Below, piece by piece: positions 62,551 to 64,000 of a stretch of 64,000 bases of DNA. The DNA is from Sandaracinaceae bacterium (GTDB taxonomy: Bacteria; Myxococcota_A; Polyangia; Polyangiales; Sandaracinaceae). The position numbers were made by a program, and so were the translations under genes. The stretch is taken from NCBI GenBank assembly GCA_044220955.1, contig JBGAQA010000005.1, forward strand, positions 9,897-73,896, written 5' to 3'. Within the stretch, counting starts at the first letter, position 1. Each line of letters opens with the position of its first letter. Below the pieces are notes generated by a model, which saw only the letters and a program-made list of their open reading frames with translations, was not told the origin of the DNA and did no database searches.

Positions 62551-63390
62551 CTACTTCTTGTCGCCGAGCGCGCGCATCAGCGCGCCGCGCTTCTGCGCCG
62601 CGCCGAGCAGCTCGAAGAAGCCCTGGCCGAGCACGCGCTTGGCACGCCACGTGGCCTTCGCGTCCGCCTGCGGGAGCACGTAGAGCTTGCCCGCGAGCAT
62701 CCCGTCGAGCGCGAGCGTGGCGATCTGCTCCGCGCTCCACTTCGCCTCGGTCACGAGCTTGTCGGTGGCCGTCTCGGTGCCGCCGCCGTGCGCGCGCTTG
62801 GACTTGTGGATGTTGGTGCGGAAGAAGGTCGGGCAGAGCGCGGTGACCTGCACGTTGTCCTTCGCGAGCTCGGTGAAGAGCGTCTCGGAGAGCGCGATGA
62901 CGCCCGCCTTGGTCACGTTGTAGGGGGCCATGTTGGGCGGGCTCACGATGCCCGCGCTCGACGCCACGTTGAGGATGAAGCCGTTGCCTCGCTCTCGCAT
63001 CTCCGGGACGAAGAAGTGACAGCCCCAGATCGGGCCGTAGAGGTTCACCTCGACCTCCAGCTTCCAGTCGTCGATCGGGATCTTGCCGACCTCCCCCACG
63101 ACGGCCAGGCCGGCATTGTTCACCAGGACGTCGGTGCCGCCCCAGAGCTCGCGCGCTCGCTTGGCGAGCGCCTCGATCTGCGCGGGATCGCGGACGTCTG
63201 CCCTCGCGGCGACGGCCTCGGCGCCCCGCTCTCGGCAGAGCTTGCCCGTCGCTTCGGCGCTCTCGAGTTCCACGTCGCTCGCGAGCACGCGCGCGCCACG
63301 GCTCGCGAGCTCGAGCGCCACCGCGCGGCCGAAGCCGCTCCCTGCCCCCGTGATCACCGACCTCGCCTTGCTCGGGAGCTTCCTGCGCAT
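62551..63390 (-). CDS. Short-chain dehydrogenase/reductase
   Basis: TGAGSGFG, NNAG, YNVTK. Confidence 0.93.
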   Translation of the reverse strand: MRRKLPSKARSVITGAGSGFGRAVALELASRGARVLASDVELESAEATGKLCRERGAEAVAARADVRDPAQIEALAKRARELWGGTDVLVNNAGLAVVGEVGKIPIDDWKLEVEVNLYGPIWGCHFFVPEMRERGNGFILNVASSAGIVSPPNMAPYNVTKAGVIALSETLFTELAKDNVQVTALCPTFFRTNIHKSKRAHGGGTETATDKLVTEAKWSAEQIATLALDGMLAGKLYVLPQADAKATWRAKRVLGQGFFELLGAAQKRGALMRALGDKK

Positions 63391-63475
63391 GGCAGTATCC
63401 TTAGCAACCCGGGCGCGGCGAGGGCGCTCGCGTCCGGGAGGACGACGCACACGAACGATCGTCCCGAGGCCGGCG

Positions 63476-64000
63476 ATGGAGATCGAGACGTACGACCCGA
63501 GGCTCGACGATGCGCTCGCATTCGTCGCCGAGCGCTTTCGCCACAAGCCGCGCAAGGCGACGCGCGTGCCCTACCTCAGCCACCTGCTCGCGGTGACGGC
63601 GATGGTCATGGAGCACGGCGGCAGCGCGGACCAGATGGTGGCCGCGGCGCTGCACGACTACCTCGAAGACATTCCCGGCGCCTCGCTCGGCGAGATCGAG
63701 GACCGCTTCGGCGCGAACGTCGCGCGCCTCGTCGATGCGCTCTCGGACAGCAAGGACGCGTCCAGGCCCAAGGCGCCGTGGCGCGAGCGCAAGATCGCGC
63801 ACCTCTCGCGCCTGACGCCTGCGGCCGGCGACGTGAAGCTGATCGCCGCGTGCGACAAGCTCCACAACGTTCGCTCGGTGGTCCACGAGCAGAAGCGCGT
63901 GGGCGACGCGGCGTTCTCGCGCTTCAACGCGAGCATGGCGGACTCCCTCTGGTACTACCGAGCCGCGCTCGAGGCGCTGCGCACCGGCTGGGAGCACGAG
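63476..64000 (+). CDS. Stand-alone HD-domain (MESH1/SpoT-like) hydrolase; 3' end outside the window
   Basis: Not in the ORF track. Manual translation MEIETYDPRL...RKATRVPYLSHL...AALHDYLED...CDKLHN. Confidence 0.85.
   Translation, partial: MEIETYDPRLDDALAFVAERFRHKPRKATRVPYLSHLLAVTAMVMEHGGSADQMVAAALHDYLEDIPGASLGEIEDRFGANVARLVDALSDSKDASRPKAPWRERKIAHLSRLTPAAGDVKLIAACDKLHNVRSVVHEQKRVGDAAFSRFNASMADSLWYYRAALEALRTGWEHE

Overview
Very GC-rich window, most likely from a myxobacterium (Myxococcota, probably Polyangiales). The taxonomy is inferred from gene content and the many Cys-rich, D-A-G-linker lipoproteins. It holds about 60 real CDS; most long ORFs in the supplied track are shadow frames. The highlight is a compact minus-strand locus at 5588-9232. 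A radical SAM/SPASM enzyme with PlpX-type splicease motifs is followed by five paralogous small proteins. Each has an N-terminal CxxC...CPFC knuckle, a hydrophobic stretch ending in a lipobox-like Cys, and an acidic tail; all 17 tyrosines in the five proteins sit in XYG motifs. This suggests backbone-spliced (beta-keto-amide), lipid-anchored proteins. Also present: two copies of a palindromic MITE/REPIN-like element, each upstream of an ECF sigma gene; a probable stand-alone 6S RNA with its own sigma70 promoter; three ECF sigma/anti-sigma pairs with unusual fusions; a split aryl-polyene-type HAL/thioesterase/LolA trio; a ParE/RelE toxin with one nonsense codon; a lipoprotein gene frameshifted at a G7 run; an MbnP/MbnH pair; and housekeeping genes (glmU, fbp, gluQ). 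All family assignments come from reading motifs by eye, not from database searches. No tRNA, rRNA or CRISPR array was seen.
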